Notes under the pieces: model-generated
Told to the model about the DNA's origin: nothing
Databases searched by the model: none
What the model saw: the letters and a program-made list of their open reading frames with translations, nothing else
Position numbers and translations under genes: made by a program
Shown: piece after piece, positions 1 to 12,550 of the stretch
Numbering within the stretch: the stretch's first letter is position 1
Layout of the letters: every line of letters begins with the position of its first letter
Assembly (NCBI RefSeq): GCF_022539665.2
Contig: NC_081334.1
Coordinates: forward strand, 3,038,001 to 3,102,000
DNA: 64,000 nucleotides
Origin: Daphnia carinata
Lineage: Eukaryota
Reading direction: 5' to 3'

Positions 1-1049
1 CCTCTCTATGCCTGACATCCGATCTGGCTTCGAACCCATACTTCCGGATAGCAGTGCAATCAAGAAGACGGCCGAAGCTCTCGTAAGCGGACCTAACGCC
101 GCTGTTCAACAGTCTGTGAGCCCAGAATTTGTTCGCTTGGCCCCTCCTATATTTTGTCCAGACGAACTTGTCTGGCTCGACCCGATCGGTGAATCCGACT
201 ACATGATCGCGTACGACACCACAGTTTGCATACCTAGAGGGGCTGGATCAGAAGCTCGTCGATTGATTTCGCAAGCCTTTACCGGTTCCTTGACTTTACT
301 TCAACAGAACAGACTGCTAAGTGAATTAGAGAGAGATTCTCGTCTAGTCTATCATGTCGGAATCACTCCAAACAAAGTATGCTGCCACTATTATTTGGCA
401 CGCCTTTTTCTTATTTTTCTTTTTAATATCGAGGAAAATAATGCAATTTTCCTTGCAGCTACCTGCCCTAGTGGAGAACAACCCACTTATCGCTATTGAG
501 GTGCTTCTCCGACTGATGCAGTCTTCCCAAATAACGGAATATCTGAGCGTACTCGTTAATATGGAAATGTCTTTGCACTCGATGGAAGTAGTCAACCGAT
601 TGACGACAGCCGTTGAATTACCAACTGAATTCGTCCATCTATACATCTCGAATTGCATTTCGACCTGCGAAACAATCAAAGATCGCTATATGCAGAACCG
701 TTTGGTTCGTTTAGTTTGTGTCTTCTTGCAGTCACTCATTCGCAATAAGATAATTAACGTTCAGGTATTAAGTTTTTCCATTTTTTGACTTTGTTGGCAC
801 AAATTTTTATGTTCGTTTGCATTTTAGGAGCTGTTTATTGAAGTGCAAGCATTTTGTATTGGCTTCAGTCGCATTCGCGAAGCAGCTGCCTTGTTTCGTC
901 TGCTCAAACAACTCGACAGTGGTGATCAAAGTGGCCTCAATACCACTTCGTCCATCGCTACTTTTCCCGGCCTGTCCTCACTCTCAGCCCCTTCGTTCAA
1001 TTCTCAGGCATCACCTGTTGCATCAGCTGCCAAAGGTAAAGGGGAATAA
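1..1049 (+). CDS. CNOT11: CCR4-NOT subunit 11, 3' part (exons about <1-376, 459-764, 828-1049)
   Basis: Spliced translation gives [23 protein letters not shown]...[98 protein letters not shown], the highly conserved CNOT11 C-terminus. Introns are GT-AG. Confidence 0.95.
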
Positions 1050-1737
1050 AATTGTTATTATTAGCGATGGCGTTAAATCGTCTATTCGCGTCATAAATGA
1101 TGAAACAACAGAAGGCTTCGTACTATGCTACTGAATATGATGTATAAACTATTTCACGAATTTATTGATTTTCTCGTAAATGCATCTAGCCAAAGTCTGA
1201 AAAGCATTGATTTATACTTATTTTCATTGACAAATACTTAGCTAAAAGACAATGCATGTGATGAGAAAGTATAGCACTGTTAGCAGCCATTCTTGCGGCT
1301 GTGCCACCCCAAATAGCAGACGTATGTAGGTACTGTATAAGGTGATTTAAATGAATACATTTGATTAACCTTGTATCTGTTTATTCCATTGTAGAGTTCG
1401 AGATGTTTAAATACCTGTAGGGGGTGAACAGTTGCTCTGGGTCCATAAGGCCTGTAAGTGGAATTTTCAAGTCGTTACCGGCTGATTCCAAGGCTTTCCT
1501 TCGATTTTGCAACGTTTAGCACTTCGCAAAAAACAACTGTTTTCCATTTACCTGGAATCGTAGCAAATTTCTACGTAATGAATTTAGAACTGCGACAAAT
1601 CGTACGCCTTACAAAACGGCTAGAAATTGGTACAAAATAGCTTTCGCCGATTCAAAACTTATTCTTTCGAACGCTCACCTGACAAGTATAACTTGGTCCG
1701 TCGCTGCATTTCTGGAGCTACAAGGCTACATACCAAC

Positions 1738-2040
1738 ATGAAAACAACTGTAAGACTTTTAGTCTGATTATTTTTCGTAATTTGTTACCATACTTCACTT
1801 TTAATTCTCTGTTTGCAGTTTCTCATGGTTTGTGCAGTTTTGTTTTGCCTCTTGTTGCTGTCCTCTCCCCAACCTGCAATGAGCAAGCGTTGTAAAAAGA
1901 TAAAAAGTGGAGACACTTGCTGGGCCACTGCTCAGTCCTGTGGCATCAGCTTGGATCAGCTCTACAAAGTAAATCCATCCTTGCAAGGCGGCAGAAAATG
2001 CAATTATTTGCAGATCGGGCAAACCCTCTGTTGTGACTAG
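1738..2040 (+). CDS. Small secreted single-LysM protein (exons 1738-1749, 1819-2040)
   Basis: ATG AAA ACA ACT|gtaag...ttgcag| leads into a hydrophobic signal peptide (FLMVCAVLFCLLLLSS), then KSGDTCWATAQSCGISLDQLYKVNPSLQGGRKCNYLQIGQTLCC, a Cys-containing LysM motif. Confidence 0.88.
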
Positions 2041-2859
2041 TTGTTAAGCTCAGCAGTTGGTATCTTCTCCGAAAATGATAAATATTTGCTAAAGAATTAC
2101 ATACGTGTTGGTTATATGGCATATTAGTTTAGAGTTAATTAACTACGAATTGCTTTGCTGCTACAAGTGATTTCCCATGTGTTTACATTACACATACGTC
2201 ATTACATCAAATACAATATGTCATGTTCTACACTACAGAATCTTTTTTGTTCTAAAATCCATTTTTATAGCATTGGCATACGGTCCATATATATGTCGTC
2301 ATACGGTATATATATGAGTGTCAGTATTTTTTGGTATCGACGAGGGTCCATTTTGATAAGCATCCATAAACCGTATATGGGGAGACCTACGAACAACCTA
2401 CGTTCAAATAATCGATCTTTAACATAGATGTATAAATGTGTGTGTGTGTTTTTTTTCTTCTGCCATTTAAGCCTCTTTATAGTCGGCTTCTCTCTTCATC
2501 TTCTTCCTTGATGATGTCCGAAGTGATCTTGCGTAATCCGATGAATTGAAGAATCTTGCGAGTCTTGAATGACGTATTGGAGGGGTGGGTGGGAGGGGAG
2601 GGTGGTGGGGGGAGAGCGAAGAGGGTCACGGCGGTATCCGGATGATTACAAAGCGTGGGTGATAACCACTGTGCCAAGACCGCACATTCAAATCAAATTT
2701 TGCTTTGAGTGTCGCCAGTTTAAATAGGTAGCTTATAGGTAAAATGCGTAGTAGAAATATGTCGATGTGTTACAGTTCGCGGCTGCCATGCTGAATTCAC
2801 AGGTTCGATTCTTTATTCTTTAATTTTTTTTTTGCTTTTGGATTTTGAATTAATTTAAA

Positions 2860-4690
2860 AAAAAAACTCTTTCAACTTAAATAAAAATAACAATAAAATG
2901 CCGTAAATGTTGGAAGTTGGTAGATATCCTCCAAAATTCTGAGGGGAATAAGATTAAGAAAATTGCAAAATGGCCGTCGGTTGTCTCGCGTAGTGATCAC
3001 ATGTCTGGCAGACGAACATTGGGAACATTGGAGTGTTGCTAATGTCGAGTTCTAAGGTTTTTATTTCCCTTGCAATTACAATTTTGACTTCCCAATTTCA
3101 TAGTTACTGCATGCTTGACATCTCTATAAAATGTTCTTTATTGCGATTTATTTAATGCTGTTTCAATTTGAATCGGGCTTAGCCCACGGAAAGGCTGCGT
3201 TCTAATACCTGGATTGCCAGAGATTGTCAACCGACCCAAAGCCACATATGATCTGTTCCCAACCGAGCTACATCATTCACACGAGGAGAGAACACATTTC
3301 CAGGTCAGTTGTATTTCTTTATCTTGTTTTATTTGCATTTCGTAAATATGCTAAATTTCTTTTTCAGATTTTGATTTTACCATTGTCTTCATCCCATGTC
3401 ATTTTCTGTTAAAAAGTTTAGAATCCTATTCTAGTTTACACAGTTCATTTTAACATGCCAATGTGTTGTACCATATTGTACTTAACCAGAGTATTGGCAT
3501 ATGTATTTGTGAATTCCACATAAGCCATCAGTTCTAAAATTGCTGGCATTATTCGGAATCATCTCACAATGGAAATGTCACCCTGTTTGCTAAGTACTTT
3601 GTTGTTAATACTTCAACTGATACCATTTTTCTGTACATTTAATTTCCCTATTATAATGGCCTCTAATGGCATGGTTTTGAGTAGTCTGAATATTGTGTAT
3701 TACAAGAATATTAAGTTACCCATATAAAAATAGCTAAATGCAAACACCAATGTCTTTCTATGCTTTAGCCTTTGTTGTAGCAGTAATGACCTGACAATGG
3801 ATCATAAAGATGGTCTCCATGGTAGGAAACCGCATAGACCACCATTTGCTGGGGAACGAGGATCCGCTATCGGCACGGTTTTCATAAAATTGCAAAATGG
3901 CCGTCGGTTGTCTCGCGTAGTGATCACGTGTCTGGCAGACGAACATTGGGAACATTGGAGTGTTGCTGCTGTCGACTTCTAAGTTGTTTATTTCTCATGT
4001 AATTACAATTTTGACTTCCAAATTTCATAGTTACTGCGTGCTCGAAATCTTTATAAAATGTTCTTTATTGGGATTTATTTAATGCTGTTTCAATTTGAAT
4101 CGGCCTTAGCCCACAGAAAGGCTGCGTTCTAATACCTGGATTGTCAACCGACCCAAAGCCACATGTGATCTGTTCCTAACCGAGCTACATTATTCCCACG
4201 AGCAGAGAACACATTTCCAGGTCAGTTGTATTTCTTTTTCTTCTTCTACTTGCATTTCACAAGTATGCTAAATTTCGTTTTCAGATTTTTATCTTACCAT
4301 TATCTTCATCCAATGTCATTTTCTGTTAAAAAGTTTAGAATCCTTTTCTAGTTTACACAGTTCATTTTAACATGCCAATGTGTTGTGCCAAATTGTACTT
4401 AACCAGAGTATTGGCATATGTGTTTGTGAATACCACATAAGCCATCAATTCTAAACTTGCTGGCATTATTTGGAATCATCTCACAACAGAAACGTCACCC
4501 CCCCTAAGTACTTTGTTGTTAATCTTCAACTGATACCATTTTACTGTATATTTAATTTCCCTATTATAATGGCCTGTAATGACATGATTTCGAGTAGTCT
4601 GAATATTGTGTATTTTAAGAATATTAAGTTACACATATAAAAACTAAATGCAAACACCAACAACAAACACTAAATGCAATGTCTTTCTAG
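2860..4690. repeat. About 1 kb unit in two tandem copies (about 2860-3890 and 3886-4690), with a third copy at about 9390-10180
   Basis: Shared strings such as ttgcaaaatggccgtcggttgtctc (near 2962, 3890, 9497) and gaaaggctgcgttctaatac (near 3189, 4116, 9722). Confidence 0.9.
3764..3890 (-). pseudogene. 3' fragment of the secreted PAN/Apple gene
   Basis: Closely similar to 10182-10300 (ttagcctttgttgtagcagtaatgacctgacaatgga...gctatcggcacggttttcat) but truncated where the next repeat copy begins. Confidence 0.8.
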
Positions 4691-4692
4691 CT

Positions 4693-4950
4693 TTAGCCTT
4701 TGTTGTAGCAGTAATGACCTGACAATGGATCATACAGATGGTCTCCATGGAAGGTAACCGCATACAACACCATTTGCTCGGGAAATACGAAGCGATAACG
4801 GCGCTTTTTTCATATAACAAATTCCATGATTATAACTAAAATGATTACAATTCGAATTTTCTATGCAGATACGACCACAGTGTTCGATTGCCAATGTCGA
4901 TACGTTGATTCTCCAATGTTCGAAACCAGGAAAATCGAGGCAATCAATAC
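4693..4950 (-). pseudogene. Degenerate copy of the secreted PAN/Apple gene
   Basis: Alignable to 10182-10430, with indels around 4880-4930 and no signal-peptide region. Confidence 0.75.
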
Positions 4951-5984
4951 CATTCTAGAATTTTGCACTGGTCTATATTTAACGAATTCATAGTTAGGGT
5001 CGTTCATCACATGAACATATTTTTCTTTTAGTTTACTCCAGTGTGTTTGATTTGTAGTGGTCCCAATCCATCCGTGCTGCTTTTTATACCAATGCTCACC
5101 TCAGCGTTTTCAGTTTAGCTGGTGGGATTTAGTCGATTTCTATGGACAGGGGATGTGCAAGCAAGCATTAAGAAGTTTTTTAAATCTTTTTTGGCTTAGG
5201 GGCAAAACCGGTATGGGAGTTTTTTTGTTTTTTTTGTTTTTTTTACAAATGAACTTTAGGTTTTTCATTTTGCGCCACAGGAGTGGTCTATATTAAATAA
5301 AGAGGAAACATGTTTTAGGTAAATCAGACTACGATTTCCAAAATCACGAAGCTACTTCTTCTGAATATTTGAGTTTTCGTTAGGTTTTCCTTATTTTAAT
5401 ATGGTAGTAGATCAAATACCGAGTTTTGACCAAAAAGCCAATCAATTGAAAAGAGATTTCATGGCAGTTTAGGAAATCCCTAATTTTCTTTTGTTTCCTT
5501 GATCTGATATTGTTGGCTAGAGATTTCTCTGTAGGTTGACCTCGGGTGAATCACGTCAGATTGTTGGTTTGTCCCCTTTTGAGGGGCGTATTTTCCTAAT
5601 TGGTCGATGAAATTTTGTGATTGTACCTTTTCAAATACGAAAGGCGAAACTTCACAGAGATAGGCCGGGGATTTCAAAAATCCTTCACCTTGCACTCTCG
5701 GAGTTGATTCTTTAAAAGCGAGTTCAATAACCAGTTTCGAACAGAAAATCTGTTTTACAGTGACCAAATTGATCGTTGAACTGATAGATTTTCGTTTGTT
5801 TTTATGGATACGGATTTTCCAAGCACGAACAAAGAAAATGGGCAGTTTTTCCGAAAGAGATGCGCGGTTTTTTTGCGTAAATTGTGTCCCCAATTTCCTT
5901 TTTGGAGCAAGTTTTGGCACACTAGTTTTGCCAGATCAAATATCGAGTTTTGAACATATTTTTTTTTAATGTCTTTTACATGTT

Positions 5985-6092
5985 CAAGGTAAACATATTC
6001 AACAATTAAGCTAGCACACTTAAAGTTATTTTCTATGCTATTCTATCCAGATGATATCCACAATGCCTTTGAAAGCATGTTTTGCAGTTTTG
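5985..6092 (+). pseudogene. 5' remnant of the PAN-expansin gene
   Basis: aaggtaaacatattcaac...ctatccagATGATATCCACAATGCCTTTGAAAGCATGTTTTGCAGTTTTG matches 8081-8196 and 11472-11587, then breaks off. Confidence 0.75.
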
Positions 6093-6527
6093 AAAAATCA
6101 ATTTTTTCTAAATCAATTGAAAAGAGATTTAATGACAGTTGAGGAAATGCCTAATTTTCTTTTGTTTCCTTGATCTGATATTGTTGACTAGGGATTTCCA
6201 AGTAGATTGACCTCGGGTGAATCACGTCAGTTTGTTGGTTCGTCCCCTTTTGTTTCGTTTTCCAACAGTCTGTTTTTTAAACGATCTAACGTTTTCAAGT
6301 ACGTAAAAAGCAGAATTTCATAGAACTAGGCTGAGATTTCAAAGATCATTCCTCTTATACTATTAAAGTTGACTTTTTTTTAAAAGGAGTTCATGGTCAG
6401 TTTCGAAAAGATAAACAGTACTACAGTGACCTGTAATGACGTGGTTTTGAATGCCTTGAATGATGTGTATTATATGAACATGTACGCCAAAAATGACTTA
6501 AAGTAACGCCAGTATCTTTTTATAGCT

Positions 6528-6887
6528 TTAGCCTTTGTGGTAACAGTTGTGCCCTGACACTGGATCGTACAGATGATGACATGTTAAAAAACCGCATACC
6601 CCACCGTTAGCCGGTTGACGAGGAGTCCATATCGGTACGTTTTTCATATAACAAATTCGATTGTGATGACTAAAATGATTACAATTTGAATTCTCGATGC
6701 AGATACGACCACAGTCTTCTCCAGCGCTAGGTCGATTGCCAATGTCGTAACCAGGAAAATCGCAATTGAACAGCCATTTGACACCGCCTTCTCCTGTGTT
6801 CCAGTCTTCCCAGATTGCTCCCACCAGGCACGGTGATAGAATAGCAAGTAAAAGAGGTATGCACAACAACACCATCCTAGACGTCAT
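6528..6887 (-). CDS. Secreted single PAN/Apple-domain protein, 119 aa
   Basis: Signal peptide MTSRMVLLCIPLLLAILSPCLVGA followed by WLFNCDFPGYDIG...EDCGRICIENSNCNHFSHHNRICYMK...VCG, a PAN/Apple cysteine pattern. Paralog at 10182-10541. Confidence 0.8.
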   Translation of the reverse strand: MTSRMVLLCIPLLLAILSPCLVGAIWEDWNTGEGGVKWLFNCDFPGYDIGNRPSAGEDCGRICIENSNCNHFSHHNRICYMKNVPIWTPRQPANGGVCGFLTCHHLYDPVSGHNCYHKG

Positions 6888-8154
6888 GTTGCTAAGTGAT
6901 CCATGTTTAAACGAAATCTTGGTTAGGCTTGTGTATTGCATGAACGTTATCTTACGCATCAAATTTAGCTGTTACTTAAGTAAAGGGATTACTCGAGTGA
7001 TCAACAATATGCGGCCGATGTTTGACTCGTAGTGGCTGGAGAAGTGATGCGGTGAAAGTAAGCCATCCTTGCTGCTTTATAGATTATACCAATTGTCAAC
7101 ACATTTAACTCAAGAGGGGTGTATTTTCCTAATTGGACGATGAACTTTTGTGATTGTACCTTTTCAAATACGAAAGGCGGAACTTTACAGAAATAGGCCG
7201 GAGATTTCAAAAATCCTTCATCTTGCACTAGCGAAATTGATTCCTTAAAAGCGAGTTCAAGAACCAGTTTCGAACAGAAAATCTGTTTTATAGTGACCAA
7301 ACTGATCGTTAAACTGATAGAATTTTCGTCTGTTTTTATGGATGCGGAATTTCCAAGCACGAACAAAGAAGTTATGCACAGTTTTTCCGATAGAGATGAG
7401 CGGATTTTTTTGCGGAAATTGTTGCTCCAATTTCCATTTTGGAACAAGTTTTGGCACACACACTAGAGTGTTGTTTTAAGATAAAGAAGAATCGTGTATT
7501 ATGCAAATCTGATGGGGATTTCCTAAACCACGAATTCTACTTGTTCTTAATATTTATGTTTCACCTGAAGTTTTTCCTTATTCTGTGTGGCCCTAGCTAA
7601 AGGTTTTGCCAGATAAATCAACAACCAATGAAACGTTTCAATAACAGTTTGGGCAACGCGTTCTACTGCAGTATATTTTTTTAAATGTCTTTTGCATGTT
7701 CTGTTAGTGTTGGCTGGGGATTTCCGAACAAGTTGACCTGTAGCGAGTGACGTCTGTTCGTTGGTTTATCCACTTTTCGTTTTGTTTCCAACGACTTGCT
7801 TACTCGCATAAACGTTTCAACGTAAACTATTTCAAGTACGGAGGGTGGATTTTCCCCAGAGTAGATTAACGATTTCGTAGATCATTCAACGTATACTATT
7901 GAAGTAGGCTATTTCAAGGAAAAAACAAATAATGACATTGTATACGTACAGGGCTAATGGCAACGTGGATTCGACATCCGTTGAAGACTTGTATAAAAAG
8001 GGGGTGCTCAACCATTTTAAGAACATAGCTTCTTCTGCCACTGGGAGAAAATCTTGGAACAGAGTTTCAGTTGATTTTTAAAGGTAAACGTATTCAACCA
8101 TTTAGCTAGCACATTTAAAGTTTATTCTCTATGATATTTACTATTACTATCCAG

Positions 8155-8847
8155 ATGATATCGACGGTGCCTTTGAAAGCATGTTTTGCAGTTTTGTTTG
8201 CCGTGATGTCGATCATTACGGATCCTGTCGGTGCTGAATGGGACACTGGTGACGGTGGAGTCCATTGGCACTTTGATTGTGACTTTAGCGGCTACGATAT
8301 ATGCAAACAAAAGATTGCGGGAGAACAATGTGGTAGACTCTGCATCAACACACCAGGCTGCAATCATTTTAGTCATTTCGAAGGAGTCTGTTATTTGAAA
8401 AATGCGCCGATGGATACTGCCCGTCAGTACAAAGCCGGCTGCGTTTGTGGTTATATTCCAGGTACAAATTTTCCCTCTTTTTTTATCAAGTTCCATAATC
8501 CTAATCAATCCTGTCATGTTTTAAGGAAGCGGTGGTGGAAGCGGAGGAGTCGAGGGAACTTTCTGGGCAGAACAATCGGATGCTGGCGGTTGTCAAATGC
8601 CGCAAGAGACGACGCGTACTATGCAATTCTTGGCGTTGTTAACAGTGGTGGAAGGATCAGTTCATCGGCTGTAGCTGCTGGAGTAGCTGGTCGTCGGAAC
8701 AACGATGGCTGGTTTGAATTCAATGGTTCCGGATCACCACGTTTCACGCCAGATGCTCAAGTTGCCTTCAGTTATGAAGATGGATCGTCGTCTTCTTTCG
8801 CGATTCGCAATTGTCTCAATGGAGGACAAGTGAAAATTTTCCAATGA
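8155..8847 (+). pseudogene. Internally deleted PAN-expansin paralog (PAN exon 8155-8461 intact; exon 2 from 8526 lacks about 300 bp)
   Basis: Compared with 11546-12550, the sequence jumps from ATGCCGCAA to GAGACG and also lacks a further 4 nt. After normal splicing the frame shifts and stops near 8672. Confidence 0.75.
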
Positions 8848-10181
8848 GCTTTTCATTTGTATAATGAACTCAGTTAATGTATTAAACGTAATCGTATTCT
8901 TATCGATTTTGTTTCAGTGTTACTCGAAGCAAATTTAGGTGGTAGTCGTCAACTATAATATACACTACAGTTATTACTTGATTGACGAATTGCTTTGCTG
9001 CTAGGAGTGAACTCAATGGATTTACCATTACCATACTTGGTTCCGTTTGGTCATGTTATGTTATGGATCAAAATCATTTTTGTCCTAAAATCCAATTTTA
9101 TAGCATTGGTGTTGGTGTTTTCATGTATAGGTGTTATACCCTTGTACGCCCTACGGTGTTAGACACGGTAAGGAACCAGCAAAAACTTATTGGTATCGAA
9201 GAGTCACATATCCCGATGATTAGCTGCCTGCATCCATGAACCTAATGGCCATGGGGAGACTTATCAACAACCTACGAAGAGCTACGATTACCTCTTTTCT
9301 ACCTCAGTTTGTGGGTCGATCGTTAACATATGTAGTGAACGGTACCACTACTATTTTTTTTTTTTTGTCTTTTGGATTTTTAATTAATTTTTAAAAATTA
9401 CTCGTCCAACTTAGATAAAAATTACAATAAAATGCCGTAACTGTTGAAAGTCGGTAGATATCCTCCTAAATTTTGAGGGGAGGAAGAGTAAGAAAGTTGC
9501 AAAATGGCCGTCGGTTGTCTCCCGTAGTGATCACGTGGCTGGCAGACGAACATGGGAACATTGGAGTGTTGCTGATGTCGACTTCTAAGGTTTTTATTTC
9601 TCTTGTAATTACAATTTTGACTTCCAAATTTCATAGTTACTGCATGCTCGACATCTTTATAAAATGTTCTTTATTGTGATTTATTGAATGATGTTTCAAT
9701 TTGAATCGGTCTTAGCCCACGGAAAGGCTGCGTTCTAATACTTGGATACTGGATTGTCAGAGATTGTCAACCGACTCAAAGCCACATGTGATCTATTCGT
9801 AACCGAGCTACACTATTCCCACGAGCTGAGAACACATTTCCAGGTCAGTTGTATTTCTTTTTCTTGTTTTATTTGCATTTCACAAGTATGCAAAATTTCA
9901 TTTTCAAATTTTTATTCGACCATTGTCTTCATCCCATGTCATTTTCCGTTAAAAAGTTTAGAATCCTTTTCTACTTTACATATTTCTTTTTAACAGGCCA
10001 GTGTATTTTGCTAAATTATACTTAACTAGAGTATTGGCTTATGTGTTTTTGAATTTTAATTTCCTTATTATAATGGCCCATAATGATATGGTTTTGAATA
10101 GTCAGAATGTTGTGTATTATAAGATTACTAGGTTACACATATAAAAATAGCTAAATGTAAACACCAACGTCTTTCTATGCT

Positions 10182-10541
10182 TTAGCCTTTTTGTTGGCAG
10201 TAATGACCTGACAATGGATGGTACAGATGGTGACATGGAAGGAAACCGCATACACCACCATTTGCTGGGGAACGAGGAACCGCTATCGGTACGGTTTTCA
10301 TGTAACAAATTCCATTATGATGACTAAAATGATTACAATTTGAATTTTCTATGCAGATACGACCACAGTGTTCTCCTGCGATACGTCGGTTGCCAATGTC
10401 GTAACCAGGAAAATCGCAATTGAACCGCCATTTGACACCGCCATATCCCGTGTTCCAGTCTTCCCAGGCTGCTTCGACCAGGTACGGTGATAGAATAGCA
10501 AGTAACAGAGGCAAGGATAACAATATCATTCTAGACGTCAT
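10182..10541 (-). CDS. Secreted single PAN/Apple-domain protein, 119 aa
   Basis: Intact ORF with a signal peptide and WRFNCDFPGYDIG...HCGRICIENSNCNHFSHHNGICYMK. Paralog of 6528-6887. Confidence 0.82.
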   Translation of the reverse strand: MTSRMILLSLPLLLAILSPYLVEAAWEDWNTGYGGVKWRFNCDFPGYDIGNRRIAGEHCGRICIENSNCNHFSHHNGICYMKTVPIAVPRSPANGGVCGFLPCHHLYHPLSGHYCQQKG

Positions 10542-11545
10542 TTTGCTCTGATCTATATTTAAACGAAATCGTATTTAGGGTCGTTCATCACATAAACGTA
10601 TTTTTTCTAATTTAGTTTACTTACCCAAAAGGGATAACTTAGGAAATCAACAACAAGCGATTGATGTTTGCCTTGTAGTGGTCGGAAAAATAATTGTTTA
10701 AAACCAATCGATCCGTGCTGCTTTTTATACTAATGCTCACCTCAGCGTTTTCAGTTTAGCTGATAGAATTTAGCCGATTTGTCTTGCGTAAATTGTGTCC
10801 CCAATTTCCTTTTTGGAACAATTTGTTGCACACACACACTCGAGTGCTGTTTTGAGATAAAGAAGAATCGTGTTTTATGCAAATTTGACGGATTTCAAAA
10901 ACCACGAATACTACTTATTCTCAACATTTTGTGTTTGATCTGGGGTTTTTCCTTATTCTGTGTGGTCCTAGCTGAGGGTTTTGCCAGATAAATCACCAAA
11001 CAAGGAAAGGTTTCAATGACAGTTTGTGCAACCCCTTCTACTGGAACATAATTTTTTAAATGTCTTGTGCATGTTCTGGTAGCGTTCGCTGGGGATTTCC
11101 CAACAAGTTGACCTGGAACAAGGGACGCCTGTTTGTTGGTTTATCCACTTTTCGTTTTGTCTTCCAACGACTTGCGTACACGTTAAACGTTCTAACTATT
11201 TCAAGTACGGAGGGGTTTCCCAACAATAGATAAACGATTTCGTAGATCATTCACCTTATTCCATTGCAGTAGGCTATTTCAAAACGGATTCAATAACCAG
11301 TTTTGAAAAAAAAAAACAAATAATGACATTGTGTACGTACAGGGCTAATGCCATCGTGGATTCGACATCCGTTGAAGACTTGTATAAAAAGGGGTGATCA
11401 ACCATTTTAAGAACATAGCTTATTCTGCCACTGGGAGAAAATCTTGGAACAGAGTTTCAGTTAATTTTTTAAAGGTAAACATATTTAACCGTTTAGCTAG
11501 TACGCTTAAAGTTTATTTTCTATGATATTTACTATTACTATACAG

Positions 11546-12550
11546 ATGATATCGACGGTGTCTTTGAAAGCATATTTTGAAGTTTTATTTGCCGTGATGT
11601 CGATCATTACGGATCCTTTCATTACGGATCCTTTCGCTGCGCAATGGAACACTGGTGACGGTGGAGTCCAATGGCAATTTGATTGTGACTTTAACGGCTT
11701 TGATATTGGTAAACAAGAGATTGCGGGAGATCAATGTGGTAGACTCTGCATCAACACACCAGGCTGCAATCATTTTAGTCATTTCGAAGGAGTCTGTTAT
11801 TTGAAAAATGCACCGTTGGGTACTACCCGTCAATACAAAGCCGGTTGCGTTTGTGGTTACATTCCAGGTACAAATTTTCCCACTTTTTTTTTATCAAATT
11901 CCATAATGCTATTCAATCCTGTCATGTTTTAAGGAAGTGGAGGAATCAAGGGAACCTTCTGGGCCGAGAAATCCGATGCTGGTGGTTGTCAAATGCCGCA
12001 AGGTGATTACGCCGTCACCGACGCTCTAGCTCTTGGACAATCGGACGCACTTGGAAACTTGAAATGGCGACAAGGACTCTGTGGACAAGTTTTGCGAGTC
12101 GATTGCGGCAACGGGCCGGTAGATGCCGTCGTGGCCAGCACTTGTAACTTGAACAGCAATTCATGCGGGGTGGACCTGATCGGCAAGACGTGGAGACAAG
12201 CTACTGGCAACAAACCGCCCGGCGTCGTCGATTGTCGCGTTTCCCTAACCAACCGGAATCCAATCAGAGGCAGCGATGCACTGTGCTATTTCCGACCCAA
12301 TTCGGAGACGAACAACGCGTACTATGCAATCCTTGGCGTTGTTAACACTGGTGGAAGGATCAGTTCATCGGCTGTAGCTGCTGGAGTAGCTGGTCGTCGG
12401 AACAACGATGGCTGGTTTGAATTCAATGGTTCGGGATCACCACGTTTCACGCCGGACGCTCAAGTTGTTTTTAGTTATGAAGATGGATCGTCTTCTTCTT
12501 TCACGCTTCGCAATTGTCGCAATGGAGGACAAGTGAAAATTTTCCAATGA
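11546..12550 (+). CDS. Secreted PAN/Apple + expansin-like (DPBB + CBM63-like) fusion, about 312 aa (exons 11546-11867, 11934-12550)
   Basis: A phase-1 GT-AG intron joins the two ORFs in frame: ...CGYIP G SGGIKGTFWAEKSDAGGCQMPQ...ALALGQ...GLCGQVLRVDCGNGPVDAVVASTC...CGVDL...YYAILGVVN...NNDGWF. These motifs parallel expansin domain 1 (T-F/Y, GGC, CG, DL) and the domain 2 aromatics. Confidence 0.75.

Noticed and set aside
2740..2815. tRNA-like fragment
   Set aside because: Only a B-box-like GGTTCGATTC is evident and no cloverleaf can be built.
5480..7463. Paralogous minus-strand ORFs 5480-5920 and 7001-7459
   Set aside because: They lie in duplicated intergenic sequence, start at non-ATG codons and show no recognisable domain. 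Their similarity is explained by the duplication.
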